A stretch of 62,317 bases of DNA, the filler included, from Circinaria calcarea (lineage: Eukaryota), in assembly GCA_051942165.1 (NCBI GenBank). It is 9 parts of 9 records of this genome, joined end to end, with 100 filler letters (N's around TTAATTAATTAA, not from the genome) between each part and the next. Parts side by side here need not be neighbours in the genome. Positions count along the whole stretch, not along the records: positions 1 to 6,858 come from JAVECS010001473.1; positions 6,959 to 13,799 come from JAVECS010001475.1; 7 more parts are not named here. One strand, 5' to 3'. Shown here in pieces: positions 1-11,745 of the stretch. A model generated the notes under the pieces. The model made no database searches. It saw only the letters and a program-made list of their open reading frames with translations, and was not told the DNA's origin. Both the position numbers and the translations under genes were made by a program. Each line of letters starts with the position of its first letter. Position 1 is the stretch's first letter.

Positions 1-909
1 CTGTAGTGGTCTCTACTTGCTCTTGCTTTGCTAATTCGCCGACAACAGTATCTTTACTTTTGCCCTGTGGGACGTCTTTTACAGTATCTGCTTCAGAGTG
101 ATCCTTACCCACTTTTGGTAATTTAACACCATCCTTTGGCCTTGACCCTGGCCGAATGGATTCGAGTTGCTCCTCAATAAATCGACTTATCCATTCCAAA
201 TCTCTCGCGCCTGTGAATCTCTTCACCTCCTCGCCAGTTTTATACAATACAAAAGTTGGAAATGAATCGATTTTATGGTCGGTGCAGGCATCACCCCAGG
301 CCATACAATCCAGTGAAGCGAAATGAAAATCGTAGTACTGCTGAAAGGAATTGAGAGATTCTTTAGTCTCCGCGGACTTGGAGGTCGAGGGTAATGGGTT
401 TGAAGTCTATTTCAATGATTAGCCACCCTTCCTCATCGGGAGTCATGATCTTACATAGTAGAACTCGTATAGCGTCTGCCAAGTGGGTGCTATTGCGATA
501 CAGTGCGGGCAGGTGGGCGAATAGTGCTTGACGAGCCTAAAAATTGCATTAGCAATCACCCACAGGGTGCTCCGGTCGCATTATGGGAGAAGGCAACGCC
601 ATCTGGCGGTAGCATTTTATTGAGGCTCTCGTACCAGTATCCATCCTTCACTTCTTTATCAAAAGTCTCCCCCCTTAACTCTTTCATCGGTGGTACCGAA
701 ATGCCGTTAAAGACTGACGGGTTTTCTGATACATTTTCACTATTGGTGGCTCCCGCGGCAGCGTCCACTCCTACAGGTACTGAAGTTTGTTCCTGTATTC
801 CCAAAACATCTTCTTCCACATTTGCTTGTCGAGCTGTCTCCGCAGGTGAAGCGAAAGCATGGGTAGATATCGTGAGGGCAATGAGTAGCCGAGGAAGTAA
901 GGTGCGCAT
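1..909 (-). CDS. Eps1-like ER thioredoxin/protein disulfide isomerase family protein, 5' part (runs off window start)
   Basis: ATG at 909 with signal-peptide-like N-terminus (MRTLLPRLLIALTISTHAFA). Spliced exons give ...KDGYW / LVKHYSPTCPHCIAIAPTWQTLYEFYY / ...YYDFHFASLDCMAWGDAC..., i.e. a CPHC thioredoxin motif in Eps1-like context. Confidence 0.8.
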
Positions 910-1340
910 CGCCGGCGTTATATTGATAAAGAATCGACAGCTTTCAAGTCGAATAATGTCTTCAGCCTGCGTAATCTGGAGCACCTGGTAGTGACGCTGC
1001 GCCCCCGCCGAGCTTGTGCTTAGTGGCGCCCGTTTTTCTATTTTTTTTAAGGAGAGCAAATCAGTTATCCAGTCGAATGGTGACCTAATAAGCAGAACGA
1101 AAACCTGTGTAGGGGTCAGGGGAAATGAAGAGGAGGGAGGAATGATTGACAAGGTGGGATTTGGTAACGTTGATTTCAGACAAAGCATAAGGCCAGACCC
1201 TCTCGCAGCACGGACGCCGTTCCGCCCCCTGAACCTTTGAGCCGCCAACTGGCGCTTGGGTCGTCTGCTGTATATCAAACTTTAAAGGCCACACTAGCCT
1301 TCATCAGTCCCTTATTGAAACGAACATATTGCTACTGATC

Positions 1341-3289
1341 ATGGCCGCCGAGGGTTCAGCCAAAAGGCGTAGATTAAGCTTATCAGGGGAGGTATACCTT
1401 AAACCGGATGAGTTCTCTACTGCTCCAGATGATTTTCTAGATGCCACCACACTTTACGAAGAAAATAGTTACAATACTAACAAAGTACTCACTCGGCCTA
1501 TCAGTCCACCGTCTATAAAAAGGAAATACATATCTGATGCAATTGACATAGAGCATGCTAGAAGGAATATTATCAATTTGCAAGCAGCCAACGGTGGACG
1601 AAATGTATCTGGACTCAGATCCATCTCGTCTACAATTCAGCTCAGTCATGTCGAGGGTCTATCTTCAGCCAATAACGTTGATACTGTGAGCCTGAGGGAT
1701 ATCTTGGGTGATCCTCTGATTAAAGAATGCTGGGTTTTCAATTATCTCTTTGACGTGAATTTCCTTATGTGAGGGTATCGTAAAGGAAAGCAGACCCTAA
1801 CAGCTGATAGGCTACAGGAGTCAGTTCGATAAAGATGTAAGGGATAGTGTTCAGGTCAAGATCGTACATGGCTCTTGGAAGAAAGAAGACTCGAACAAGT
1901 TACACATTGATGTATGGGCAGATGGCTAATATCTACTTCACTGAACGCTAGTTATGGGCTGACCGAATGGCTTCTGCGTCAGGAGGCTGCCACTCAACTG
2001 AAGAATGTTCAAGTCATCACGGCTTATATGCCGGAGGCATATGGCACACATCACTCTAAGATGATCATCCTCATTCGACACGATGATCAAGCTCAGTAAG
2101 CTCGGTTCACTACTCTGTGATTCTACGCGTTGCTTATCCGGACAGGGTGAATATCCTCACAGCTAATATGGTCCCTGGCGACTGGAGGATGTGTCAAGCA
2201 GCATGGCGCTCTCCGCTGCTCCCTCTACAAGGCCGTATAGACCCGAATGCTACCGCTTCTACAAGTCTTCCAACCATTGGTACTGGAAGCCGATTCAAAC
2301 ACGACTTATTGGCCTATCTTCGTAGTTATGGTCAAGCAAAGCTCGGGGCCCTGATAGCACAATTGAAGCAATATGACTTTGACACTATCCGCGCTGCCCT
2401 CGTGGCAAGTACTCCAGGTAAACAAAACCTACGGAGTACCGATCCGGACAAAGAGTCTGTTTGGGGGTGGCCAGGTCTAAAAAGTATTCTTAAATGCATA
2501 CCATCAGATTCCGCAAAGCGACCGGCTATCGTTATTCAGGTCTCCTCCGTTGCTAGCCTTGGAGGCGGGGACAAATGGTTAACAGCGACCCTACTAGACA
2601 CGCTTGCCACCGGGAGAGAGCCAAAAGTCCACGGCAAGCCGAAGCCCAAATTCTCCCTTATCTTTCCTACGGCAGACGAAATCCGGAGATCTCTCAACGG
2701 TTACAGCTCAGGAGCATCCATCCACATGAAGACCCAAAGTGCAGCCCAGGTAAAACAACTCGATTACTTACGGCCGATGTTATGTCATTGGGCTGGTGAC
2801 GGTGCTACCCAACCCACTGCATCCTCTAGTTTGACAGCCGGCGTCTGTGAAGCTGGGAGAAGAAGAGCAGCGCCCCACATCAAAACCTATATCCGCTTCT
2901 CCGACAACTCCATGACGAAGATCGATTGGGCGATGGTAACATCCGCCAATCTCTCCACTCAAGCTTGGGGCGCCGCCACGAATCCTGCAGGTGAAGTACG
3001 GATATGCAGCTACGAGATTGGGGTGGTAGTATGGCCGGCATTATGGGACGATGGGGTTGAAGGCAGTGCAGAATTGGTGCCTGTTTTCAAAAAGGATTTG
3101 CCGGATGCATTGCAAACGGATGAGTGCGATACGAGGGAAGACGGAGTCAAAACTAGGGTTGGTGTACGGATGGCGTACGATCTTCCTCTCGTTCCGTATA
3201 GGGATGATGAGATGCCTTGGTGTGCTACTGCGCCGGACTCGGAGCCGGACTGGATGGGAAGGGTTTGGCCTGGGTTTGGGATGCACTGA
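1341..3289 (+). CDS. TDP1: Tyrosyl-DNA phosphodiesterase 1 (multi-exon)
   Basis: Two HxK catalytic motifs (GTHHSKM and PHIKTY), LGDPLIKECWVFNYLFD, TSANLSTQAWG, SYEIGV. ORFs 1329-1772, 1914-2099 and 2117-3289 are joined by GT-AG introns. Confidence 0.93.
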
Positions 3290-3770
3290 AGAATCACCAT
3301 GGTAGATACTGTTTTGCTCGCCTAGCTTTAGCATGTCCATTGAAGAAAACGCTATGACAGTTACAAATACTTGGTGCGAGCAATGTGAGATTTGATTCGT
3401 ACGTGAAGATATACATTGATATGAGGGTTGCGAATACAAATCACTATTAGACTACACAATATGGAACGCAGGATAGCAGGCATTAGAGTCACAGGAGGTT
3501 TTAAACTGTACCCTTGTGGATGAAAACATGGGTGATTCCTGGCAGACGGAGAAGACTCACGCGCCTAATCGAGAAGTTGTACTTGAATCAACGTGCAATT
3601 GCAGATGTGCCTATACTGACGATGATTGACTTGAGACGAAAGCCACGTCTCTGCCTTGCCCATGTCCGTATGTATGATCTCTTCTTCTACTTCCCCGCCA
3701 GCTTTACGTTACACGAGGCATCTTAACACCAGTAGCAATGGGTTCCTTCTGTTCCGTAATTGTGCCGGAT

Positions 3771-4213
3771 TCATTCGTAGTCGCTCTTGAGTTTATTGTA
3801 CAGCTCGACGTATTTTTTCTGTGCTTCAGCGGGCGTAACCCCAGCGTCGTTAACCTTCTTCCAGGCATCGTACTTTGGTTTTGCCTATTACCATACCATC
3901 AGGAACTCGTACTAGCAGGTATTCAATGGACTCTTTTGATTGAAAGTGTACGACAGAAAGAGTAAAAGGGGACGAACGAATATTTGGTATCTGGTTGGTA
4001 TAGGCACTTTATCGATGGGCGGGTCTTGTTTTCCTTGCTTGAAGTAGGAATAGAGCTAATTGAAAATCAACTAATCAGAATATATCTAGGATGCCAGGTG
4101 TGCTAGAATTAAGCACATTGGTGGCTCACCTGAAGTTTGATATCGTTCGATGGCTCCTTCGAAAACTTTGCAACCGCAGCTGCAGCTTTCTCGAACTCGG
4201 ATGACGTAGGCAT
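3771..4213 (-). CDS. ACB1: Acyl-CoA-binding protein (3 exons, not in ORF track)
   Basis: Manual splicing: MPTSSEFEKAAAAVAKFSKEPSNDIKLQ / LYSYFKQGKQDPPIDKVPIPTRYQIF / AKPKYDAWKKVNDAGVTPAEAQKKYVELYNKLKSDYE*. Contains the ACBP motifs LYxxFKQ, KYDAW and A-x-x-x-Y-V-E-L. Confidence 0.85.
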
Positions 4214-4495
4214 AGCTGAGGCAGTATACAGTGAAGAAGTTGTTCACCTAGAAAGAAGCCGTATTCACAGGTATAGAGAGAAGTAAGAAGTAATGGAATG
4301 AGGACTTTGTTTTAAGTGTCGAAATTGGTGGGGTAAGCTTGGCGAGGCGCAGTTTCGGGAAGATGCTGCTTAGTCATGCTCTCTAAAATGACGCCACATG
4401 AAGGTACTTCGTAGTCCGGGTATCTCCCAGTTCACTATCTGAAGGGTTGATGTGATTTGCATTAGGAGTCGCCTTTCAAATTCATTATAACAGTC

Positions 4496-6697
4496 ATGGT
4501 ATTGATGGCCCGAGCATTGGCTTTGAAGCTTTTACGATGCTGTGATGCGGCTTTGTTGAAACAAAATAAGTCCAAATGCCTGTATTCTTGCTCAGCGCGA
4601 TCAAGTGCCATTGGCTTCAGAATCCCCCCCGTTCGATGCAGCAACTGGGATCGTCGACGACCTGCCGTTCGTCATGCGTCTACTTCACGAACTGATGTGC
4701 CAGATAGCAAGTCCTTGATGATGAGGTTAAAGAATCTGTTCCTTGGAACCACAATCGGTCTCTCTTTAGCCTTTGGATACCTATATATTACCGATACGAG
4801 AGCAGGTATTCATCAATGGGTAGTCGTGCCGTCTTTGAGATGGATATACCACGATGCGGAAGATGCACACGAGGCGGGCACAAAAGCACTCAAGGCTTTA
4901 CATACTTTTGGCATCCACCCTAGGGAGCGCGGGGATCCGGATAGAGCAAAGGACCTGGAGATTGAGGTGAGCACCGATGGTGTCGAGTGGTGACGGTGGT
5001 AGCTTCACAAACACTAAATGGTGATTGCCGACTAAGGTCTTCGGCCATGTTCTGAGTAATCCAATAGGTACATCAGCTGGTAAGTCTGGTTGAAATTTCT
5101 TCCTCTCCTTGGGGGTCGCTAATGCGCCCTTTCCAGGAATTGACAAGCATGCCGAGATACCTACACCACTTTTGGCCCTAGGTCCTGCTGTTGTCGAGGT
5201 TGGCGGCACGACTCCGTACCCCCAGGATGGTAACCCAAAACCCCGGGTCTGGCGCCTCCCTTCTCAAAGGGCTCTAATAAACCGCTATGGACTAAACTCG
5301 GAAGGGGCTGATGATATGGCCATGCGTCTTCGGCAACGAGTACGAGAGTACGCGTTGGCCATGGGCTTCGGTATTGACGAGATTGCCGAGCAGCGAGTAC
5401 TAGATGGCGAGGCTGGAGTACCGCCCGGCTCCCTGGTAGAAGGAAAGTTAATGGCCGTGCAAGTCGCAAAAAACAAGTTTACGCCGGACGATGACATAGA
5501 GGCAGTCAAGCGGGATTATATTTATTGTGTTGAAGCATTAGCAAAGTACGCCGACATCATTGTCGTGAACGTTTCAAGCCCTAATACTCCTGGGTTGCGG
5601 GAATTGCAAAAGGTAGAGCCACTGACGAATATTCTAAAGGGAGTAGTCGAAGCAGCCAGAAAGGCAGACCGCAGAATTAAGCCTGCAGTAATGGTTAAGG
5701 TCAGTCCCGACGAGGACTCCGAAGAGCAAGTATCTGGTATAGTCGATGCTATCTGGGATTCCGGAGTCGATGGGGTTATCGTTGGAAATACCACCAAAAG
5801 GCGACCAGACCCACTTCCAGCCGGCTTCTCACTACCTGGCAGAGAAGCTGCGATACTCTTGGAACAGGGCGGATACTCAGGTCCTCAGTTGTTTGAAAGA
5901 ACTGTCAATCTAGTGAAACGATATCGTAGGCTTCTAGACGACAGTACACGACAATTACAGCAGCAACCTGCAATCTCATCTCACTCTCAATCGTTAGCCG
6001 ATTCGTCAAATGCTACAAGCTGGCCTAACTCTACCTCAGTGCAGCCCAAACAAGACGATACACAGAAAGATCTTGCTCAGAGGATAGAAGCAACCGTACA
6101 GCGGGATTTGGCAAATTTGAAGGAGTCAACTACAGACGCAGTCTCAGGCTCAAGATCACAGCCACTGATACGACTGCCAACAAGAAATGATCCATTCTCC
6201 TCAGAACAGGCAGATCCCGAAGCCCCTGTAGCACTATCAACGTCTACGCACCTTGATCAGCTTCCCTCGACAGATAATAGTCCAAGCGCTGTGTCTCCAT
6301 CATTTGCTGAAAGGATTGAACCGAGCAGTCAAAGAGATTTGCCAAAGGGGGAGGACTCAACTGCACAGGCAGAGGCCGAGTCAAAATCACAGCCTGCAAA
6401 TACGTCCAAGGTGATATTTTGCTCTGGGGGAATTACGTCAGGCAGTCAAGCTCTCGAGGTCTTGAACGCTGGTGCAAGTGTAGCCATGGTTTATACTGCT
6501 ATGGTAACTTTATTCACTCTAATGATGATTTCTTCACGTGACGGCTAATTTCTTATTTTGTATACAGATATATGGAGGTATGGAGAATATTAGCACTCTG
6601 ATACTGAGCACTTCATAGGCTAATTCGAGTAGGTGTCGGTACAATCAGTAGAATCAAGGGAGAGATGAGGGAAGTGTTACGCACGCAGAAGAAATAG
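4496..6697 (+). CDS. URA9: Mitochondrial class-2 (quinone) dihydroorotate dehydrogenase
   Basis: Arg-rich presequence plus TM anchor, DAEDAH, GIDKHAE, PQDGNPKPRVWRL, INRYGLNSEG, catalytic loop NVSSPNTPGLR, VKVSPD, GGYSGP, SGGI. The 3' end uses a 10-nt micro-exon (6568-6577) giving YTAM-IYG-GVGTISRIK. Confidence 0.93.
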
Positions 6698-6858
6698 GTC
6701 TGTATTACTGGAACATGAATTCTGGGAGCCTTGCACATATGCATTATCATGGCAGAACTGGTATTAGATGCTGAACGAGTTGTATGGGGCTATTGACGCA
6801 ATTCCAGACTTCAGCATTTCTCTCATGCTCTCTATAAACCTTCCAACCTCTATTCGAA

Positions 6859-6958
6859 NNNNNNNNNNNNNNNNNNNNNNNNNNNNNNNNNNNNNNNNNN
6901 NNTTAATTAATTAANNNNNNNNNNNNNNNNNNNNNNNNNNNNNNNNNNNNNNNNNNNN
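6859..6958. other. Artificial contig spacer N44-TTAATTAATTAA-N44 (also at 13800-13899, 20739-20838, 27673-27772, 34606-34705, 41538-41637, 48470-48569, 55394-55493)
   Basis: Identical 100-nt linker with stops in all six frames. Contig lengths fall or stay equal along the window (6858, 6841, 6839, 6834, 6833, 6832, 6832, 6824, 6824). Confidence 0.98.
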
Positions 6959-7394
6959 CTAGAAAAGGGTTTCCTGCGCCCACGGAATAAAAGAACTGTG
7001 GGAGGGAGGGGGAGGTGGAAGCCCGTGGCATGGGGTCGGAATGGTGTTAGGGTATAAGGAGGTGAAAGGGTACGGTTGAGGGTGCAGGACTCGAGGAGAA
7101 AAAGGGAGCGGTGAAAGTGTTGGAGGGAAAACGGAGAATGGAAAAAGAAGAGAATGGAAAAAGAAGAGAAAAAGGATAATTCTGAGCTTAGAACTCAGGG
7201 CTGGCAAAAGTATAGGGAGGGTTAAAGATTTTGAAAATTCGAAAATTCCCATTCCCTCCCGCCTTTTTATTTCTTGTTTTGTCGGTATTTTATCCAATCG
7301 CCCCGCTCTTCCTCCCCTTTTTTTGGTGGTTGTTACCTATCCAATCTCCATGTCAGAAATCTAACCCCTGGAATTAGAAATAGCCCTGGCGCAG

Positions 7395-7527
7395 TGTCAC
7401 GGGAGCTCATGCATCATGGAAATAGTGAGTAGGATTGCCTCCCTCTATCCATTACACGAAAAGAAGCTTTGAAAGCCCAAAGCCCCTTGGTTAGCTAGCG
7501 AGCTCCGTTCCTTCCTTTCCCCTAACA
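7395..7527. mobile_element. Putative short solo-LTR-like insertion
   Basis: 133 bp bounded by TGTCAC... and ...CTAACA (TG..CA termini), flanked by a near-identical 5-bp duplication CGCAG / TGCAG. Confidence 0.4.
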
Positions 7528-7575
7528 TGCAGGTTATGAGTCTTTTGAACCAGGGCTCAGTTTTTCTCCAGACTA

Positions 7576-9261
7576 TCAGTCGGTCTCGGATCCCGAAGAG
7601 CTCTGGCGATACGCAATCCTCAAGTGCTTAATCGGGTACTGGCCGACGACCTGCTGGTAGTGCAGATCGGTCAGTAAGGCATACCTCTGGCGGCGAATGA
7701 TCCTGGAAAGGATGTAAGGTCCGTCCCACGTTGAGGTCATCTTTTTAAACCCCTTATCGTCGGCGACTTTGAGGCGTTTGACGAATACAGTGTCCCTCTC
7801 TTTTGGATTAATTAGCTTGGGGCCTTTGCGAAAGATCGTGCTGCTTGGTTGACGGTTCTGATCCCTGACTGCGGTTACGTTCTGTTTGAGGCCGGGAGAA
7901 GGAATGTCGACAGTTAAGCTTGGTTGCGGTTGAGTTTGAGGGTTAGAGGCGGACTGGGCAGCATAAAGCACAGCCTCTGAAGATTCTTTCTGTGGGGTTA
8001 TTTGCATATCCGATTCGTCACTCATAGAAGGATCGCTTGATAGCTGCGCCTTGGAATGCCACTCAGAGAGCCCGACGGTGGGAGCTCCAGTCAAGGGGGC
8101 TAGTAACTCCTGCCTTTCTCGAACTTGCTGTTTAATCTGCATGAATCGATTAATCGCGGCGATCATTCCTTGAGAACCCTGGCGCAGGCCACCCCAGCGG
8201 ATGGTTTGAGCTTTTGGTAAATGATGTCTCATGAATCTACTCCAGTTTTCTGCAAGCAAAATGATATCATCTTCATTCGGAGTGCAATCAAATAAAACAC
8301 GCAGTTCAAGTGAGACATGATTAGTCGCCGGCCAATGGGGAACTTGTTGCTCCTTAGCAGCTTGGCTTCCATTCTTGGGCAGCGGTGCAAGAAAGATTCT
8401 TGCAACCGATAGCCCATAGGGCTCATATAACAATGGGCTCTGGCTTTTGGGCCACTTTGGTGCTTGAATAATCCTGGTGCGGAGTTGCTGCGTATTAAAG
8501 CCATTCTTGCACTCCTTAGCCAATTTCCTAAGTGCCCAAATCAGGCATGAGGTAAAGGAGCTCGGCCCTGGAATCGAAGTTAGAGGTCCTAGATGATTGG
8601 GTGATAAGAATTCATACGATCGCGTCGAAAGATGCGGGTTCCGAGCGAGGTGACTAGCGAAGCAGCAGTCAAAGATAACAAATACGTCGGAACGAGCGCT
8701 TTGGAGTTGGCCCTCCATCAGGTTCCAAGTGACTTCAATATCTTCAAGCCTTTGGTCATCTGGGTCCCTTTTCCTGAAACCTTAGAATTAGCTTGATATC
8801 TCAGCTTCAGAAGCTCTTGCAGTTTTACCCAATTAGTTTAAGTTGACCGGGTGTATTCCCTGGCATTCCATGTCCCGCATAATAAACTATAAGCAGACTG
8901 CTTTGTCCATCCTGGTCCAATAGAAACTGCGCCATCTTGAAGTTGACCTGATGCTGGGGAGCCTTTTCTCTGCCGATGACCAATCTCGAGACCGTGTAGT
9001 TGTATTTTCGTTGGAATACCTTTTGTAACTTCTTCACCTATGAGACTTTAGTCTTTGCTTGAAAGCCACGAGCGAGGAGCCCACCTCCTCATCGCATTGA
9101 AGATCATCGAGTTCGTCCGCCCACGAGATAAGTAGTACAGCTACATTTTGATATGGCCCTGCAAATTTGGGATCGTTCTGCATAATCTTATTCCATCTGG
9201 TTTGAAGTAAAGAGTCAGTCTGTTCTAGTGGAGAAAGAGGTACTTGAGTTGACTCTGCCAT
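7576..9261 (-). CDS. Caspase-fold (clan CD, C14-like) protease-domain protein with C-terminal integrase-CTD-like tail
   Basis: 3 exons (introns 9038-9084 and about 8774-8828). Motifs VAVLLISW, LLIVYYAGHG (His), DVFVIFDCCFAS (Cys), PGPSSFTSCLIWAL. The C-terminus contains TVFVK...KMTSTWDGPYILSRI...YALLTDL...IKHLRIAY. Confidence 0.8.
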
Positions 9262-9933
9262 AATGGCTGCTGGAGGTAGAACGCTCTTCTCGCCGGTTGA
9301 ATTAAATATTTCTCCACAGAGTTGAATATTTAGTCACCTCATGGGGTAATGGTGGCTTAGACAACATAGCCGCCTTGAAGTTCCCTTTTAAACCAAGGTG
9401 GAAGCTCTTCTCGGCAAGGCTGAAGGAAAGATAATCTCTTGCTTCAACGAAGCCCCCTTCTCTTATCACGTCAGAGAGGCGGAGTGGCCAGATGTTTTGT
9501 TAGGTGCATTGGTCCAAAAGGAATATATCCAGATTATTCCACGCAGCCAGCGTAAATGAGAACCTGAGGTTATTTTTAAGGTTGATTCGCCGGAGAACCA
9601 GAAAGATCTAGCCTTAGCATACCTTCCTAATCAGGCTTTATAGCCTGCAGATGTTGTGCAACCACACTACACCACCAAAGTCAAAAATCTCAGCCTCACA
9701 ATTGTCCGCTTAAGAAGCATTGAGGAAGCCTGAGGGCATTTACTCTGTCCTGTTGTTGCGAAGGTACAGACACCTCAACGACACACCAGTACTTTTTTGG
9801 GAGATTTGAACTCTCTGGATGTAGGGTTCAGCTCGCATCACAAGTATTTCGTCCCCTCGACTCCAATATTTCTTAACAGTCAAAGATACCTGGAATACGG
9901 CTGAGGTTGAATTCATTACCATATTCGGAGGAC

Positions 9934-10321
9934 ATGTCTTCAAATCCTTCGAACGATGTAAGACAACCAGACCCCTTAATGTTCCATCGAGTAATGTATT
10001 ACATTTAGCCGCGTCCCGACTCTCGTACGTATTACGCGGGATCATCAGCTCTCAACGTATGCAATCGTCACTAGGCAATCCTATTAAAGTCAGTGTTGTT
10101 TACTAACATTCTAATAGCTCGAGGCAAAATATGACAGGGGAGATCACGTTTGGTGGACGAAACCTGGGGTCACTGGGGTCTTTCCAGTTTCGATCGTTGA
10201 CGTCATTTGGAATGATAGCATACGGGGCTATACATACAAGATCTCGTATCATGGCGCCCTACGAAACAATGGAAACCCCGTGCCCGAAGACCAATTGGAG
10301 CCAGCAAGTGAAAGGACTTGA
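9934..10321 (+). CDS. Small 91-aa protein with predicted SH3/Tudor-like beta-barrel (3 exons, not in ORF track)
   Basis: Exons 9934-9957, 10009-10056 and 10118-10321. Introns GTAAGA..TAG and GTATGC..CTAAC..TAG are both phase 0. Product: MSSNPSNDPRPDSRTYYAGSSALNLEAKYDRGDHVWWTKPGVTGVFPVSIVDVIWNDSIRGYTYKISYHGALRNNGNPVPEDQLEPASERT*. Confidence 0.65.
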
Positions 10322-11745
10322 AGGTGAGAAAACGAAGGCAAAGTATTGGAGCCCTAGGCTGATAAAGTAAGGCGAAGTGCATACACAGCACTAATCGCTT
10401 ATTGGTCGGTTTTCTATGTAGCCGGCGTTTTCGAGGGTGGTGAACAGCTAGGTATCATAAGGAAAAGGCTTGCAATATCAAGGAGTTGGATATAAGGCCT
10501 TAAACTGCTGGGATAGCCAGGCTTGGGGACGTCCGGGTTTTGCAGCAGGTTATTCGCGATGTCCGGTCGAGGGGGTACATCTGCGATTGCGAGTGGCATC
10601 CTAAATACCTCAGGTGTAGATTCTCGACTCCAGGCAACCACTACCCTTGCAAGTGATGTAAATGTATGTACTCAAATATGAATCCCAGGCCAATAGCTAG
10701 TCCTGCCCGTTGGTAGCCTGGCTGGAGTAGCGAACGTCTCACTTATATGAACTCGGTCAATCCCTATTCTTATCCATGTTTAGCCCCACACACTGCAGTA
10801 GTACTTGAGACGGGATGGAAAAGGCGGAGCTGAGGTCCCGACATCTACTTCATAGGCTTGTGGCTGTGAGGGTTGACTGGATAATATCAGTTCTAGTCCT
10901 AGGCATGACGGTAATGGCAGAAACCTAAGGTGCTTTATGGCCAGACAGAGTTAGTGTTGTAGGCCAATCATATCTGCACCGCGATTCCTCTGCCAGCCTG
11001 ATGACCTGGTGTGATAAGATACAAACTAGTTGGGCATCCGTGCGTCAGCTAGGTTCCCAGAGAGCATATTACGATTGCCCTCGATATCTGTAATCCCTAC
11101 TTACATACTGCGCCCGATTCGTACTTACCTGTACACTATCCCATCCCTGCCAAACGCTTTTTTCCCTTACACTAACAGCGCCTATCATCATCTCCAATTC
11201 TCTGAGACTGTTGAAGCACTGGGCGTGATTTCACGTAAGGGTAAGGATCAACCCAAGACCTCAGTTGTAGCTTCGGCAAGGCTCAATGCGGAAGGGTTCC
11301 GTGTTGTTAATTGCGTGATCTGAATTCTTTTTTTTGCGACAGCCTCAAAGCCCCGGATCAAAGCGTGTCATGTAGGATAATTGTATACGCATAGAAAGAT
11401 TTACTCGTGTTCGAAAGAACATATAATGTAATCGGTGAAGTATTACCAAGCTTTGTTCAACTTATAATTTATAAAATGAACGGCCAAGAGTGAAAACCGA
11501 TATATCTGATGTTATACCGCTTGACGCGCGTACTTCAGCCGGCCACCGAGCTGGAGAAAGGCTATAAGGCAGGAAGCTGACACTTAAGTGGGCCTAAAAT
11601 ATTGCATTCCACAACAAGGCGGGCAAGACAGTACCATTGGCACAAGGCTAAGAAATGGAATAAACATAAAGGACTGGGAAAGCCACCGAGAAATACCCTG
11701 TTGCTCCTCGATTTGATAGTATTCAGATGGGAATTCAGAAATACA

